DNA of 64,000 nt from a virus, in IMG/VR virus record IMGVR_UViG_3300009788_000007, positions 1 through 64,000 of that record, one strand, 5' to 3'. The number at the start of each line of letters is the position of its first letter. Position 1 is the stretch's first letter. The translations under genes and the position numbers were made by a program. This document shows positions 40,679 through 51,167 of the stretch, piece after piece. The notes beneath the pieces are model-generated. The model made no database searches. It saw nothing but the letters and a program-made list of their open reading frames with translations, and was not told the DNA's origin.

Positions 40679-42736
40679 TTATGTAGGTCCTACTGGTGAG
40701 CTTTTGAATGTACCACTGCTAAATTTAACATCATGGTAATTGTCATTCATTGGTGATTTATTATTAAAATCAGTACGTACCCATCTATCGATCCCTTCAG
40801 CATCCACACCTCCAGTGCCTTCGACACCAGAATCACTAGGGTCTCCAGTGCCTAGGTCATTCCAAATACCGCTAACAGCTGGGTCAGATACTCCATCGTA
40901 ATCAGTTGAAAATTCGTAAACACGTGCTGCATCGTAAAAATTTTCTAATACTGTATCATCAGCTTCATGGCTTGCGGCACTACCTGTATCAACAGGCCTA
41001 AACCCAGACCATCTATAAAAGAAATTAGCAATATCAGTACCTGTACCTGCAAGAATAACGAAGTTAGTTATAGCGCCTGAAACGGCAATACTCATTTTCT
41101 GAGTACCGGAATTATATGTGGGTGTGTACGTACCTGTGGCACTTGGTGCGGCTTCCATCTGTGTCTTAATTTCAGCAAGTACGGTTACAGTATTATAGAC
41201 ACCTACAGTTAGTGTAGCTGTACGTTCTGCACCACCATCTTCAGTAAAATTAATTTTGTTATCAGAAGTCGTGATATTTAAAGGCCATGCATCAAGAATA
41301 ACTAAGTCAGTATCCATATCAATATTTGAAGCCTGTAAAAATCTAGGCTGTACTGTACCTACACCATCAGGATCATCAGTAACTTTTGCGGCTAAGTAGA
41401 CTGGGCTAAAAGTAATAACATTTTTCGGTGACGCAACTTCTGCAATAGGAGGCAACATACCTAAAGCATTTTGGCATGGCCCTACCCCACGCTGTGAGAA
41501 TAAAGCATTACCATTTGCTGATGTTGCTGTACTGGGATCAACACTATCACCCCACAAGAAATTTAAACAATCGTAATCTTGATAGTCGTTACTACTTAAT
41601 GCATCAGTATGAAAAGAAAGTACTTCAGGAATACTACCTTTATCAAGTATTAGAGATGAGTTATTTAATGATGGGTCAGCATCAGAAACTATATCAGGGT
41701 CGCCTTCACTACTAAGTAAATCATAATTTGCACTAGGGCTAAATGAGCTTTCTACGGGCAGTGCAGAGTTCCATTTTGCAAAATCAGCACTATTTCTTAA
41801 CCAGTACCTATTATTATCACGCACCAAAACATTACTAATATCTGAAGACCCAACATTATTGTCATGGCATAATAGCCCTACTCCATCTAAATTAAAAATA
41901 CAATTCAAAGTTTCTGTTCTTGTGTTTATAGCTCCAGCCCAGTTATGTACTAAAATATTTTTTGTAGTATTGTGATAATAACAATTAACATGGAAGTAAG
42001 TGTCATTGTCAGCTGCAAATATATTATCAAATGGGTGTATTGAACAATCAAAAAATTGTGAGTGTGAATAACTTATCTCAGCAGCGCTTGTTGCTATTGG
42101 GTGTGAAGTTGTACCAACATGTGTATTACCTGCTTTAGTCGATGTACCACTATGACTACATCCGTAATATCTAATTCTGACACTATCTAGTATTGCCTGT
42201 GTTAGAGTAACTCTGATAGCAACATCTGCAAGATTAGCTGAATTATTTACAAATCTAATATCTTTCCATTCCATCAGCTTAGGGCCATGCAAATTTGAGG
42301 TTATAGTTCTTTGGAAATTACTAAACTCTGGTTTATGGGCTTGGCTTGCCCATCTTCCAGACTGGTCCCCGTAGAGTTGGTCACCCCATTCTTTTAGCCA
42401 TCCACGAAATGTAAATATAAATTGATCCGTAGAAGGGTATGTAGTATCAGAGTTATGGGTAATGGTCCCATAAGCACTTGCTTCATCATCATCAGTTAAA
42501 AATCTAAGTTCCCAGTCCTGAGTTACAAGCTCTTGACCTTCAAAAGCCCGTATCTCTTCCCAAGCTTGTTCAGGCGTAGCATAAGGAGCCCCTGCAACAT
42601 CACCACTGCGGCCATCTCCTGTTGTGTCATTACCAAGTTTCCAAGCCACACCGCCTTTAGTTTCAGGTACTCCTGTACCTGGGTCGTAACAGTAAACTAC
42701 TTTTAGGGCTGCTTGTCCGGCATTTAATGCACTCAT
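40679..42736 (-). CDS. putative virion accessory protein (beta-rich, possible beta-helix)
   Basis: 685 aa, Asn/Ser/Thr/Asp-rich; located in the structural operon. Confidence 0.55.
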   Translation of the reverse strand: MSALNAGQAALKVVYCYDPGTGVPETKGGVAWKLGNDTTGDGRSGDVAGAPYATPEQAWEEIRAFEGQELVTQDWELRFLTDDDEASAYGTITHNSDTTYPSTDQFIFTFRGWLKEWGDQLYGDQSGRWASQAHKPEFSNFQRTITSNLHGPKLMEWKDIRFVNNSANLADVAIRVTLTQAILDSVRIRYYGCSHSGTSTKAGNTHVGTTSHPIATSAAEISYSHSQFFDCSIHPFDNIFAADNDTYFHVNCYYHNTTKNILVHNWAGAINTRTETLNCIFNLDGVGLLCHDNNVGSSDISNVLVRDNNRYWLRNSADFAKWNSALPVESSFSPSANYDLLSSEGDPDIVSDADPSLNNSSLILDKGSIPEVLSFHTDALSSNDYQDYDCLNFLWGDSVDPSTATSANGNALFSQRGVGPCQNALGMLPPIAEVASPKNVITFSPVYLAAKVTDDPDGVGTVQPRFLQASNIDMDTDLVILDAWPLNITTSDNKINFTEDGGAERTATLTVGVYNTVTVLAEIKTQMEAAPSATGTYTPTYNSGTQKMSIAVSGAITNFVILAGTGTDIANFFYRWSGFRPVDTGSAASHEADDTVLENFYDAARVYEFSTDYDGVSDPAVSGIWNDLGTGDPSDSGVEGTGGVDAEGIDRWVRTDFNNKSPMNDNYHDVKFSSGTFKSSPVGPT

Positions 42737-42745
42737 GAAATTCTC

Positions 42746-43222
42746 CTAACCTACTTGGTCTGCCTGAAACGGGCAATTAATTAAAATCATCCATTCAGAA
42801 TCAAATCTTTTCCTATCACCTGTAAAGGGTGTTCTAAATCTAATACCTGAAACATTTATTGCTCTAAAATTATCCATGATGATATCGCTTATTTCATTCA
42901 TGCCACCATCACCTATTTCTATGGGTGCAAACAATTGAAAACGTGTGATACCTGCAGTACGATAAGTACGTTTACTGCCAAACATCACTTGCTTAGATTC
43001 AAGCGTTTTTATTTCAGCCCTTATCCAATGTGTTTTCTTTGGTTTTATAAATGGTGCGTTGTCGTATTGAATTAAACAAGGCACTGCACCAAAATCAATA
43101 TTTCCTATTTTCTTTCTGATAAGGTTATGGATTGCAGACATAGTTGGCACAACAACGACCAACGAATCCGATAAACCCCCAGGTGGGCAAATATAGCCAT
43201 TTGTTAAAAGACCTGTACCCAT
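42746..43222 (-). CDS. second tail terminator-like protein (paralog of 38496-38930)
   Basis: IQYDNAP...WIRAEI...ESKQV.FG.KR..R..G....LFAP...GDG....D.I..NFR...EW...INCPF. Confidence 0.7.
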   Translation of the reverse strand: MGTGLLTNGYICPPGGLSDSLVVVVPTMSAIHNLIRKKIGNIDFGAVPCLIQYDNAPFIKPKKTHWIRAEIKTLESKQVMFGSKRTYRTAGITRFQLFAPIEIGDGGMNEISDIIMDNFRAINVSGIRFRTPFTGDRKRFDSEWMILINCPFQADQVG

Positions 43223-43776
43223 TAGCCACCTACTCTTGTTTGAGTAAAGCTAACTAACCTGCCCTGTGTGTCGTATGTTGCCAAAACATCGTATGTGTCC
43301 TGCAAACCTAAAGCCGTATTCGCTGCAGCGTTTGCCGCAGTATCATAAACTTTTGCGGTACTGACTGTAGGCTGACTGCTTACAGGGTCATAGGCTGTCG
43401 ATTCAATTACAATATTTTCATGCGATAACCCAAGTATGCGCGATACCTTTTCTTCAAGGCTATTAAAGAACGGGTCAACATATGCAAATAAAACTTCAGG
43501 CTGTATCGTTGCAGTTAACGCTTCATTTCTCGGTTCAATAACATAATTATTTGTATCTAAACCTAATGATGTATTAAAATCAAATTTCCAAAATGTCCTA
43601 TCAACAGTAGTTTCTACTAAAAGCATAGCCACAGACACACGGGTACCTACAAAAACTAACCCATCAAAATACTCATCATTTAATTTTTCTCGTATAAATA
43701 CTACACCCGATGCGCCCAATTCCATAACAGCCTCGATAGGTATAATTTCACCAGTCCTAAATTTTTCACTGCTCAT
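43222..43776 (-). CDS. hypothetical structural protein
   Basis: 184-aa coupled ORF in the late operon. Confidence 0.65.
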   Translation of the reverse strand: MSSEKFRTGEIIPIEAVMELGASGVVFIREKLNDEYFDGLVFVGTRVSVAMLLVETTVDRTFWKFDFNTSLGLDTNNYVIEPRNEALTATIQPEVLFAYVDPFFNSLEEKVSRILGLSHENIVIESTAYDPVSSQPTVSTAKVYDTAANAAANTALGLQDTYDVLATYDTQGRLVSFTQTRVGG

Positions 43777-46700
43777 TTATGTAATCCTCTTAATCGTCAA
43801 GCCTGATGTGCCTGTACCGCTTGTAGTTGTCATTGTTACATTAGCAGGGTCAGTAAGCCCAGGCTCCCTACGTGCGCCCAATGTTAAAATATCATTAATA
43901 TTTACTGATAAAATATCAGATATTGACGAGGTGCCCTGATTTGCTGCAGAAGAATTCCTAACGTAAGCCGCCCCAACAGGACCTAAGGAAGCGTTATTTA
44001 TCTGAAATCTTGTTTGTATAATATTTCTGTTCACACCTACACCGATTAAATCACTGGTACTACTAACTTCTACATCGCCCGTAAAATCGAATTGTATTTG
44101 AGTATCATTTAACCTTGTAAAAAGACCGTTTATAGTTGTTGTTGAAATACCAAACACTGGAACATCTGTGTCAAAATCGGCTGAAGCTACATTTAGGTTT
44201 GTCGTTACGTCTATATTTATAGCTCTTACAAATTGTTTTGGTATATCTATTGCTTCAGTTAACCCCACAACATCGTTTATAGTTATAAGACTTAGAGCGT
44301 CAACAAATGATCTTCTTGAGGACCCGAAAAATAATGTGAAATTCTTTACTCCGCCAGCCGTACCTATTTTTTCACAAAGTACATGGTATCTAACACGATT
44401 ACCCACTGCAAAAATAAAATCTTGTGATAGAAAGCCAACTAACCTTATAAAGAATTGGTCGTTAGCATCCATGTTCAATTCAGCACTAAGCATTGTAAAA
44501 ACTGGACGTACTCCTAAGTCGCCAACGGGTTCAGAGAGTATACCCGAATCAATAACTACTCCTTGGTCATCAGAATCATAAACTTCTATATGCAATCTCT
44601 CTTGAGCATTGCTATTATTAACAGTTATTTCTAGTTGACTTGTATGTTCACCCTGAGAAGCGCTCAGTGAGTTAGCCAGAACTTCTGTAAGGTGGTCTTG
44701 ATCTGATCCAATTGTAGAATTATCATTAACAGGAACTACAACAGTAGCGCTAGTTATAGTTCCTTGGTCACTTCTCTTTGCTAAAAATACAGTCTCAGGT
44801 GTTGTAGTTATTTCCTCATCAGCAGTTAACCAAACTCTATCAACACCAACAGGCACAAGAGTATCACCTACTTGATTACTAGATACTGTGTTAACAAAAA
44901 TTATTCCTTCAGTTGCACTTACTTTAGAAACTTTCCCAACAACAAAAGCATTAATAGTTGGTTTAATGTTTGTTAAGTCTCCTGTAGTTACTGGATCAAC
45001 ATACAGAACGTCATTAATACTCCATAGGGAAGTGTTTGTATCTTTAACTTCACCATAAGTAGTAATTTTACCCTTTGCATTATTTAATAAACTAGTAGTG
45101 TTTATTCCCCATAACCCACCCTCAATAATCGTTGGGTCTGAAGCAAGCGCCTTAACAACATCATGAAAATCTTCATCGCCTATTTTTGCCCCCGTAGCTC
45201 TAAATACTTTTGGGTTCAATGCTGTTACTGCAACATCATTATTAAAAGCTAGAAAAAAAGTTTCTCGACCTAAGTTTTGAGTTTGGCCATCTTGTGTTTG
45301 AGGTAAACAAAAAGCATCTGTAAGTGCATCATATTGTAGCGTAATATTTTGCCAAGCATTACCCCCTAGTATAGGGACTATAGATTCAAATTTATTTTTG
45401 GTGTCACTAGCAAACCATATTTGGTTCGGGAAAGAAGAAGGATCTGATGCAAGAATATTAGCTTCTGTATCTACACCATCATATAGAGGTTCCGCAACAG
45501 TTCTTGTAAAAAATATAATAACTCCACAAACTCTATTATTTCCTAAATCAACTCCCGAATTTTCAATTACTATTGGAATTTTAAAATAAGTTGTGGCATC
45601 GGTAGGGTCACCCGTAACCCTGGCTAAATGAAAATTATCTGATTCAGCTGATTCTTGAATGTACAAACGATCATTATTTTTAAGTTGAGCAATTATGTTT
45701 GAAGCATCAACACCACTTTCAGCAATATTACTTATAAACATAAATGTTGATGCTGACTGTGTTGCATTATTTAGTCTAAAGTTTTTATTTCCGGGGTCGG
45801 CGTCCGTTATCGTTGTGCTAAAACGCCACGTTGTGCCGAGCGTTGCCCCACCTGCATTTGAAAGTTCATCAAGGGCACCTTTTACAAAAACAGCGTCTAG
45901 ACCAGAATCAGTATTATCGTAGGGAACATTAGCGGCTATTTGGTCACCCGTGTTTACACCAGATTGATTATCAAGATTTATAACCTGTGCGTCTGTTAAG
46001 TGATTTCTTTCCCCAGTTGTGCCGCCTTGAATATTACTTAAATTATTATGGTCATTGATTGAAGAGGTCATTTTAAACCACCGACCAACCCCCACCGTTG
46101 GCTGAACAATTCTATCTATGTCTTCTGTGTCTGTTGCGTCCCGGTCTAGTCTATACAGACCGTTATCCTCAACATTAATTAATGTCTTATCTGGGAAATC
46201 TACTGCAACAGTAGTATCGATTGCTTTTAAAGCCGTAATATCTTGAACAGGTGGAAGAAGTCTTGAACCTATATCTGCAGCAATATTATCTAATTCAGTT
46301 TGTATTTTTGTACCCGAGTACAGTGTAGTTAAAGAAGCGGTTACATCATCTATCTCACGGTGAGGGTCAAGGTCAGCAATATGCGAATCAATTTGTGCGT
46401 GTGAGTTTGTACCAATGTCTTGAATATTTAAATGGCTGATTGAACCTTCAGTAAAATGAATTGTTGGATCAGACATATGGCCATCAATCTGACTATGAGA
46501 ATTAGTACCGATATTTTGGATGTTTGTATGATCAATACTTGCTTCAGTAAAATGCTCTGAGGTATTATCTAAATGTGCTCGTAAATCAGCAGCGGTCACT
46601 TCGTTAGGTTGCCCATTATCTAAACTAGTATCAGTATTTTGTGTGTGTGTCGAACCTTCCAGGCTGTCAATACGTCCATCATTTTCATCTATGCCATCTT

Positions 46701-47445
46701 GTGCATTTGTTGCGGCCATTCCTGATGCAGTATTATCAAATGGTACCTCTGCAGCATTTTGGTCATCTTTAGCATTTTCTTCAATGTTAAATAATTTGGT
46801 TTTTTCAGCCCCAGTAAAAACTTGATCAATAGCTTGCACATCAGTTAATTCTAAGTCTGTTAAGTGGTTTACATTAGGTACACCATCATCTAAATGCAAT
46901 CTTAAATCAGCACTTGTTACTTCATTAACCTGACCATTATCAAGTTTAGTGTCAGAATCTTGAGCATGCAAACCTAGCCTTTCTGCATCAGTTATTATTG
47001 ACCCACTACCTGCACTATCTACGTCATCATGAGCAGTAACTAAACCAGCGTCACCAGCAATGCCTGCAGGGTCTACGAAAATAACCCCATTAGTTATATC
47101 TGATAGTAATATTTGCCCTACCTTTAAACCAGTTTCAGTTATGGTTAAATTACCATTAGCATCAGAAAATATTAAATCTAAATTTGAAAATGTAGCAGTG
47201 TTCACCCCTTCAACAAATCCTAATGCAGTGATAGAACCATTAGAATTATTTAATATTTCAGCATTAATTAATCCAGCAGGCTCGTCTGTTTCTGCAGTGA
47301 TAGCAGTAACAGTTGGTAGCCCAGAATCAAAACCAGAATACTTAACGACTTTCAAAGAAGTTAAAGTAACTCCTGAGATATTACGTACCTGCACGTTTGA
47401 TGGTTCATGCAGATCTTCACCTACTAATAAATGATGGAAGCCCAT
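43777..47445 (-). CDS. large mosaic virion fiber-like protein (1222 aa)
   Basis: His-containing repeats (IGTNSH.QID.H..D...HF x2, DT.LDNGQ.NEVT.ADLR.HLD x2, A..VP.DNT.SG x2); duplicated G.IT..G.V...NT module. Confidence 0.7.
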   Translation of the reverse strand: MGFHHLLVGEDLHEPSNVQVRNISGVTLTSLKVVKYSGFDSGLPTVTAITAETDEPAGLINAEILNNSNGSITALGFVEGVNTATFSNLDLIFSDANGNLTITETGLKVGQILLSDITNGVIFVDPAGIAGDAGLVTAHDDVDSAGSGSIITDAERLGLHAQDSDTKLDNGQVNEVTSADLRLHLDDGVPNVNHLTDLELTDVQAIDQVFTGAEKTKLFNIEENAKDDQNAAEVPFDNTASGMAATNAQDGIDENDGRIDSLEGSTHTQNTDTSLDNGQPNEVTAADLRAHLDNTSEHFTEASIDHTNIQNIGTNSHSQIDGHMSDPTIHFTEGSISHLNIQDIGTNSHAQIDSHIADLDPHREIDDVTASLTTLYSGTKIQTELDNIAADIGSRLLPPVQDITALKAIDTTVAVDFPDKTLINVEDNGLYRLDRDATDTEDIDRIVQPTVGVGRWFKMTSSINDHNNLSNIQGGTTGERNHLTDAQVINLDNQSGVNTGDQIAANVPYDNTDSGLDAVFVKGALDELSNAGGATLGTTWRFSTTITDADPGNKNFRLNNATQSASTFMFISNIAESGVDASNIIAQLKNNDRLYIQESAESDNFHLARVTGDPTDATTYFKIPIVIENSGVDLGNNRVCGVIIFFTRTVAEPLYDGVDTEANILASDPSSFPNQIWFASDTKNKFESIVPILGGNAWQNITLQYDALTDAFCLPQTQDGQTQNLGRETFFLAFNNDVAVTALNPKVFRATGAKIGDEDFHDVVKALASDPTIIEGGLWGINTTSLLNNAKGKITTYGEVKDTNTSLWSINDVLYVDPVTTGDLTNIKPTINAFVVGKVSKVSATEGIIFVNTVSSNQVGDTLVPVGVDRVWLTADEEITTTPETVFLAKRSDQGTITSATVVVPVNDNSTIGSDQDHLTEVLANSLSASQGEHTSQLEITVNNSNAQERLHIEVYDSDDQGVVIDSGILSEPVGDLGVRPVFTMLSAELNMDANDQFFIRLVGFLSQDFIFAVGNRVRYHVLCEKIGTAGGVKNFTLFFGSSRRSFVDALSLITINDVVGLTEAIDIPKQFVRAINIDVTTNLNVASADFDTDVPVFGISTTTINGLFTRLNDTQIQFDFTGDVEVSSTSDLIGVGVNRNIIQTRFQINNASLGPVGAAYVRNSSAANQGTSSISDILSVNINDILTLGARREPGLTDPANVTMTTTSGTGTSGLTIKRIT

Positions 47446-47587
47446 TATTAAATGCCCCTTACTACGTTGCCGTTAAGGTCTACTACCACTAAAGGCCCAT
47501 TAGGTAGCTCTTCACCCACGCCATCGAATTTATGTGTAATAATAGTATCAACATTAAATCCAGTACCAGCCGTTTCAAGATTTGCAA

Positions 47588-47986
47588 TCATGCTTGCCCC
47601 CCTGGAAAAAGTAATAACAATTCTTCAAATGTTTCTGCAACCATACCGTTAGGTGCCTGGGGGCTTCCTGGTCCTGGTCTACCTTCTTCAAGAAAAATAA
47701 TATAGGGTACGTTGTTTGCAATGTAAACGATTTCAAAAGGTCCTAAATTAAGTTCAGGTACAGGTGGCTCACCTAAGTTAAATGTTTCTTCTTCAGCAGG
47801 CGCACCTATTGTCATTTGCCAACCACCACGCGCACGGCCAGTATCAACTGGAGTTTTCTGCACAATACGGCTAAAGGCTTCAATTGCAATTGCTTTTTGA
47901 AATATTACTATTTGTACTTGAGTTAGATTTTTAGAGAACGCATCTACTTCTTTATTGAACCTTTCAAGACTACCTATCCTAGTCAT
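47588..47986 (-). CDS. HK97 gp10-like neck/tail-completion protein
   Basis: TPVDTGRARGGW...YIANNVPYI.FLE.G..S.QAP.GMV. Confidence 0.85.
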   Translation of the reverse strand: MTRIGSLERFNKEVDAFSKNLTQVQIVIFQKAIAIEAFSRIVQKTPVDTGRARGGWQMTIGAPAEEETFNLGEPPVPELNLGPFEIVYIANNVPYIIFLEEGRPGPGSPQAPNGMVAETFEELLLLFPGGQA

Positions 47987-47990
47987 CGGC

Positions 47991-48377
47991 TCAACTCCTT
48001 ATCTGTAATTCCCACGCTGCAATAGATTCACCACTATAAATAGGGTTTGTACTAATGACTTCCCAGCAGATACTATCAATATCAATATTCCAACCATTTA
48101 AAGTTCCACCTTTAACAGGTGTAAAATCATTACCCTGATTTCCAAGTAACACTTTTGCATCACCTGCCTGGATTAAATCGCCATCGATAAAGAATTTTTT
48201 ATATGGATCTGGGGGAGATACTTTTGCGGTGTGTGTGGTTTGAGATGTCGGTGTAGTTACACCTGTATTACGATCATACTCCCCAGGCAGAGGAGCTGAG
48301 GTAAAGATAACTACTTTACCAAACTCATTAATAAGCCGTTCAGCAAGTGGTAAAAACACAGTGTCAAGTCGTGTCAT
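47991..48377 (-). CDS. head closure protein
   Basis: A.RLI.EFG...YD..TG...IDG.LIQ.GD...WELQIR; position in the neck module. Confidence 0.75.
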   Translation of the reverse strand: MTRLDTVFLPLAERLINEFGKVVIFTSAPLPGEYDRNTGVTTPTSQTTHTAKVSPPDPYKKFFIDGDLIQAGDAKVLLGNQGNDFTPVKGGTLNGWNIDIDSICWEVISTNPIYSGESIAAWELQIRS

Positions 48378-49246
48378 CCTCTTCGTACCTCACCGGCTGG
48401 TCGTAAAATGTTCCAAAGTAAATCGGTTACTTTGCGATATCTTTTTATAGGCTCAAAACCACCAACATACCTAATACGCTCAAGTAGTGATGCAACTCTT
48501 ACTTCTGTTTCTGCAATAACACCATTATTATCTGAATCTGAATCAAATATATCTGTACCATCAACACCTTTTAAAGCCATCTCAGCAGTAGCATTTAATA
48601 ACTCTATTGGTAGTTCATTTGTCCCTAAAGAACGGCCATCATTTAAAACTACACCAGCACGTGGCCAATGGAGGCCCTGCTCATTAGAAAACCTGCTACC
48701 TATATAACGAGGTACGTATGTTGAATCTAGATACTGTGTACCAAAAATTAACGCCTGCTCTTTAGAATCTTCTCCACCTATTAAAAAATCAGATGAAAAA
48801 ATATTTAAAGCACTTAAAAAAGTTTCTGTAACTAAAATAGAATTACCCGCAGTACCGCCCACCTTTGCAGTAACCAAAACAGCAGCCGTACCGCTTAAAG
48901 CTGCAGCGACATCTGGGTGTGGTGTTGTCGTCGGTGGTATGTCGGGATTTCTCACAACATCACCATTAATCACATCTTTAGTATTTTTCAAAGATGCAGC
49001 AACATCTGCCCCTATGGGTATTTCACCGTCTGTAGGGGTTACTGTTGTTTTGTAAGTGTACACTGTTGCCCCTATGGTTATAGTTTCACCATCCAGGGGC
49101 AAAGTGCCCAAAGTCAAAGAGGTAGACGCTGCAGCATCAACCCAAGCAGCAGGGCTTCCGTGGTTAACGAAATATGCATCAGCATCTGCAACAGATAGAT
49201 AACTGTTTGCACCGACTACACCGCTACCGTCTTCGACTATGAACAT
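48374..49246 (-). CDS. DnaT-like head-tail adaptor with inserted repeat domain
   Basis: IVEDGSG..GANSY.SV..AD.Y...KEQAL...T.YLD....GSR....Q.L.WPR; insertion resembles the tail tube repeats. Confidence 0.8.
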   Translation of the reverse strand: MFIVEDGSGVVGANSYLSVADADAYFVNHGSPAAWVDAAASTSLTLGTLPLDGETITIGATVYTYKTTVTPTDGEIPIGADVAASLKNTKDVINGDVVRNPDIPPTTTPHPDVAAALSGTAAVLVTAKVGGTAGNSILVTETFLSALNIFSSDFLIGGEDSKEQALIFGTQYLDSTYVPRYIGSRFSNEQGLHWPRAGVVLNDGRSLGTNELPIELLNATAEMALKGVDGTDIFDSDSDNNGVIAETEVRVASLLERIRYVGGFEPIKRYRKVTDLLWNILRPAGEVRRG

Positions 49247-49263
49247 TTTCTAAAAGTCCTTCT

Positions 49264-49647
49264 CTACTCTTCTAATTCAAGAATAGAAATTACTTTATCT
49301 TTTTTCATTGAAAGAGTATCGCCATCAACAAAACCTGCATCAATGCTATACTCTTTTACGAATACATCCATATCTTTATTTGATCTGATATCACGAATAC
49401 TTTCTGCAGTAACCTCTTTACTAGAAGTTTCTCCAGTTTCAACATTTGAAGTTTTTATAGTAGGCTCTTTATGAATTTTAAAACCGTCACGTTCACATAG
49501 TTCTTTTGCTTTTTCTAGACTTACTTTACAAATACCTCCTGGACCTTTGACGGCTACCAGTTTAGTAGTAGTTGTTGGTTTTAGCCTCATATTATTATTT
49601 AGCTTAGTGATTGCTTTATTTACATGTTCTTCTGTATGGTTTGTCAT
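49264..49647 (-). CDS. hypothetical protein after the capsid gene
   Basis: GAAAGG RBS; position in the head module. Confidence 0.65.
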   Translation of the reverse strand: MTNHTEEHVNKAITKLNNNMRLKPTTTTKLVAVKGPGGICKVSLEKAKELCERDGFKIHKEPTIKTSNVETGETSSKEVTAESIRDIRSNKDMDVFVKEYSIDAGFVDGDTLSMKKDKVISILELEE

Positions 49648-49791
49648 TATTACCTTTCTGCTTAGTTAAAAAAATTCTATTTTAAAAATACCCACCCACC
49701 AACTACCTCTGAGCCTACCAGCTCAGTAGTGTGAAGTAACCCCAGCGAAAAGTTTAGAAAGCTCTCCACTAGGGCTACAAATTAGTGCGTG

Positions 49792-51042
49792 TTACCCAAG
49801 CAAACGTGCAGCAAGTTCTGCACGAATAAGGCGGGTACCCCATAAGATATCAAATTCCCAAACAACTTGTTTATGTTGCCTTGATACTTCAAGACGTAAA
49901 ACAATACCTGTTTTAGGGTCTTGCATTGACATGATTTTAGAACCCAAAGCCAAATCTTGAGTGCTTTGAGTAAGTGGGCGTGTCGCAAAAGCAAATGCGT
50001 CACGATGGAACACAAGGTTAACTACGTGGTCATCAATAACAGTCAACACTTCGTCATCAGCAACAGCAGTTTGCAAAGCTGGGAAAAATTTTAGTGCAGT
50101 GATAGCATTTGCAGCAAATGTGTACGTGCCAACTGTACCTGCTTGGTTATCAGTAACATTAGCAAATTCAGCAGAGGCTGCGTTATCTACAACCACATAA
50201 GATTGTGCATGACCAGCAAAAGTGAAAATGTCACCATTAAGCAAAGTGCCAGCAACAGACACTTCAGCACCATTGTCTATATTGATGGTGTCGATGCCAA
50301 TAGCATAACCAGCACCATTATTAACTGCAGCTGTACGTGTGGCACCCGCAAGAATAGTACCGGCTATGTGTGTGATAACTTCGTCATCAGCAACCCAGTC
50401 AATACCAAATTTCCGGCCAATCTCACCTTCAAGAATAACGTCTGCACTCAAAGTATTGTTTGCAGAAAAGAACGGTTCAAGCTCAAGCGCTTGGGCTTCT
50501 GCATCAAAATCAAGTACACCGCGCCTGTTATCTTTAGGGCAAACCTGCTGATTCAAAATTTTACGTACTTGAGTAGCTGATTTAACGCCTACGCTTGTAC
50601 CAAATGGAGTTGTGCCAGCTGTTCCGGTAACACCAAAAACACCACGCACTGGGCCACGGTACTCTTCATGAATAGAACGGTTTACATCATTGGCTAGTGT
50701 TCTGATAGCTTCTGACATTTGCATAGGTAAAAAATCTTCACGTGCGTCAATTTCAACCAAATCTTTATCGGTCAAATGGATAGCGTCGTTCTGCCTCCAA
50801 TAATTCAAAGGGATGGGCACTGTTTCAATCGTGGTGCTTGCAGGTACTGGGGGTGTGTTTGATGGTGCTACATCAGAAGTAGATACTGCAGAAGGAATGG
50901 GCACATTAATTGTGTCGCCTTTTTTTGCAGCCTCTTGTGCGTAGTCACCATTGACCAAACGAGGCATAACCGCAGCCTCGCGTAATGCCAAAAGTCCCCG
51001 TGCGAGAATTTTTGGTAGGATATCATCCAAATTATTTGCCAT
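49792..51042 (-). CDS. major capsid protein (P22 coat-like family)
   Basis: MANNL...ILAR.L..L.....MPRLVN.DY..E..K.GDTINVP; NLVFHRDAFAFATRPL; FDILWG; GGAGG RBS. Confidence 0.9.
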   Translation of the reverse strand: MANNLDDILPKILARGLLALREAAVMPRLVNGDYAQEAAKKGDTINVPIPSAVSTSDVAPSNTPPVPASTTIETVPIPLNYWRQNDAIHLTDKDLVEIDAREDFLPMQMSEAIRTLANDVNRSIHEEYRGPVRGVFGVTGTAGTTPFGTSVGVKSATQVRKILNQQVCPKDNRRGVLDFDAEAQALELEPFFSANNTLSADVILEGEIGRKFGIDWVADDEVITHIAGTILAGATRTAAVNNGAGYAIGIDTINIDNGAEVSVAGTLLNGDIFTFAGHAQSYVVVDNAASAEFANVTDNQAGTVGTYTFAANAITALKFFPALQTAVADDEVLTVIDDHVVNLVFHRDAFAFATRPLTQSTQDLALGSKIMSMQDPKTGIVLRLEVSRQHKQVVWEFDILWGTRLIRAELAARLLG

Positions 51043-51167
51043 TGTTATAGCCTCCTAGATAGAGCTTAATTGTTTACGATTCATGTTTAACAGAAAGCTA
51101 CCATCTCGGAAGCTACGCAGCGTCTCGCCGCGATTTATCTAGGGGATTTTTAGGATAACTTCAATCG

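Noticed and set aside
43777-47445. Diversity-generating retroelement target in the fiber-like genes
   Set aside because: No reverse transcriptase and no template/variable repeat pair were seen.
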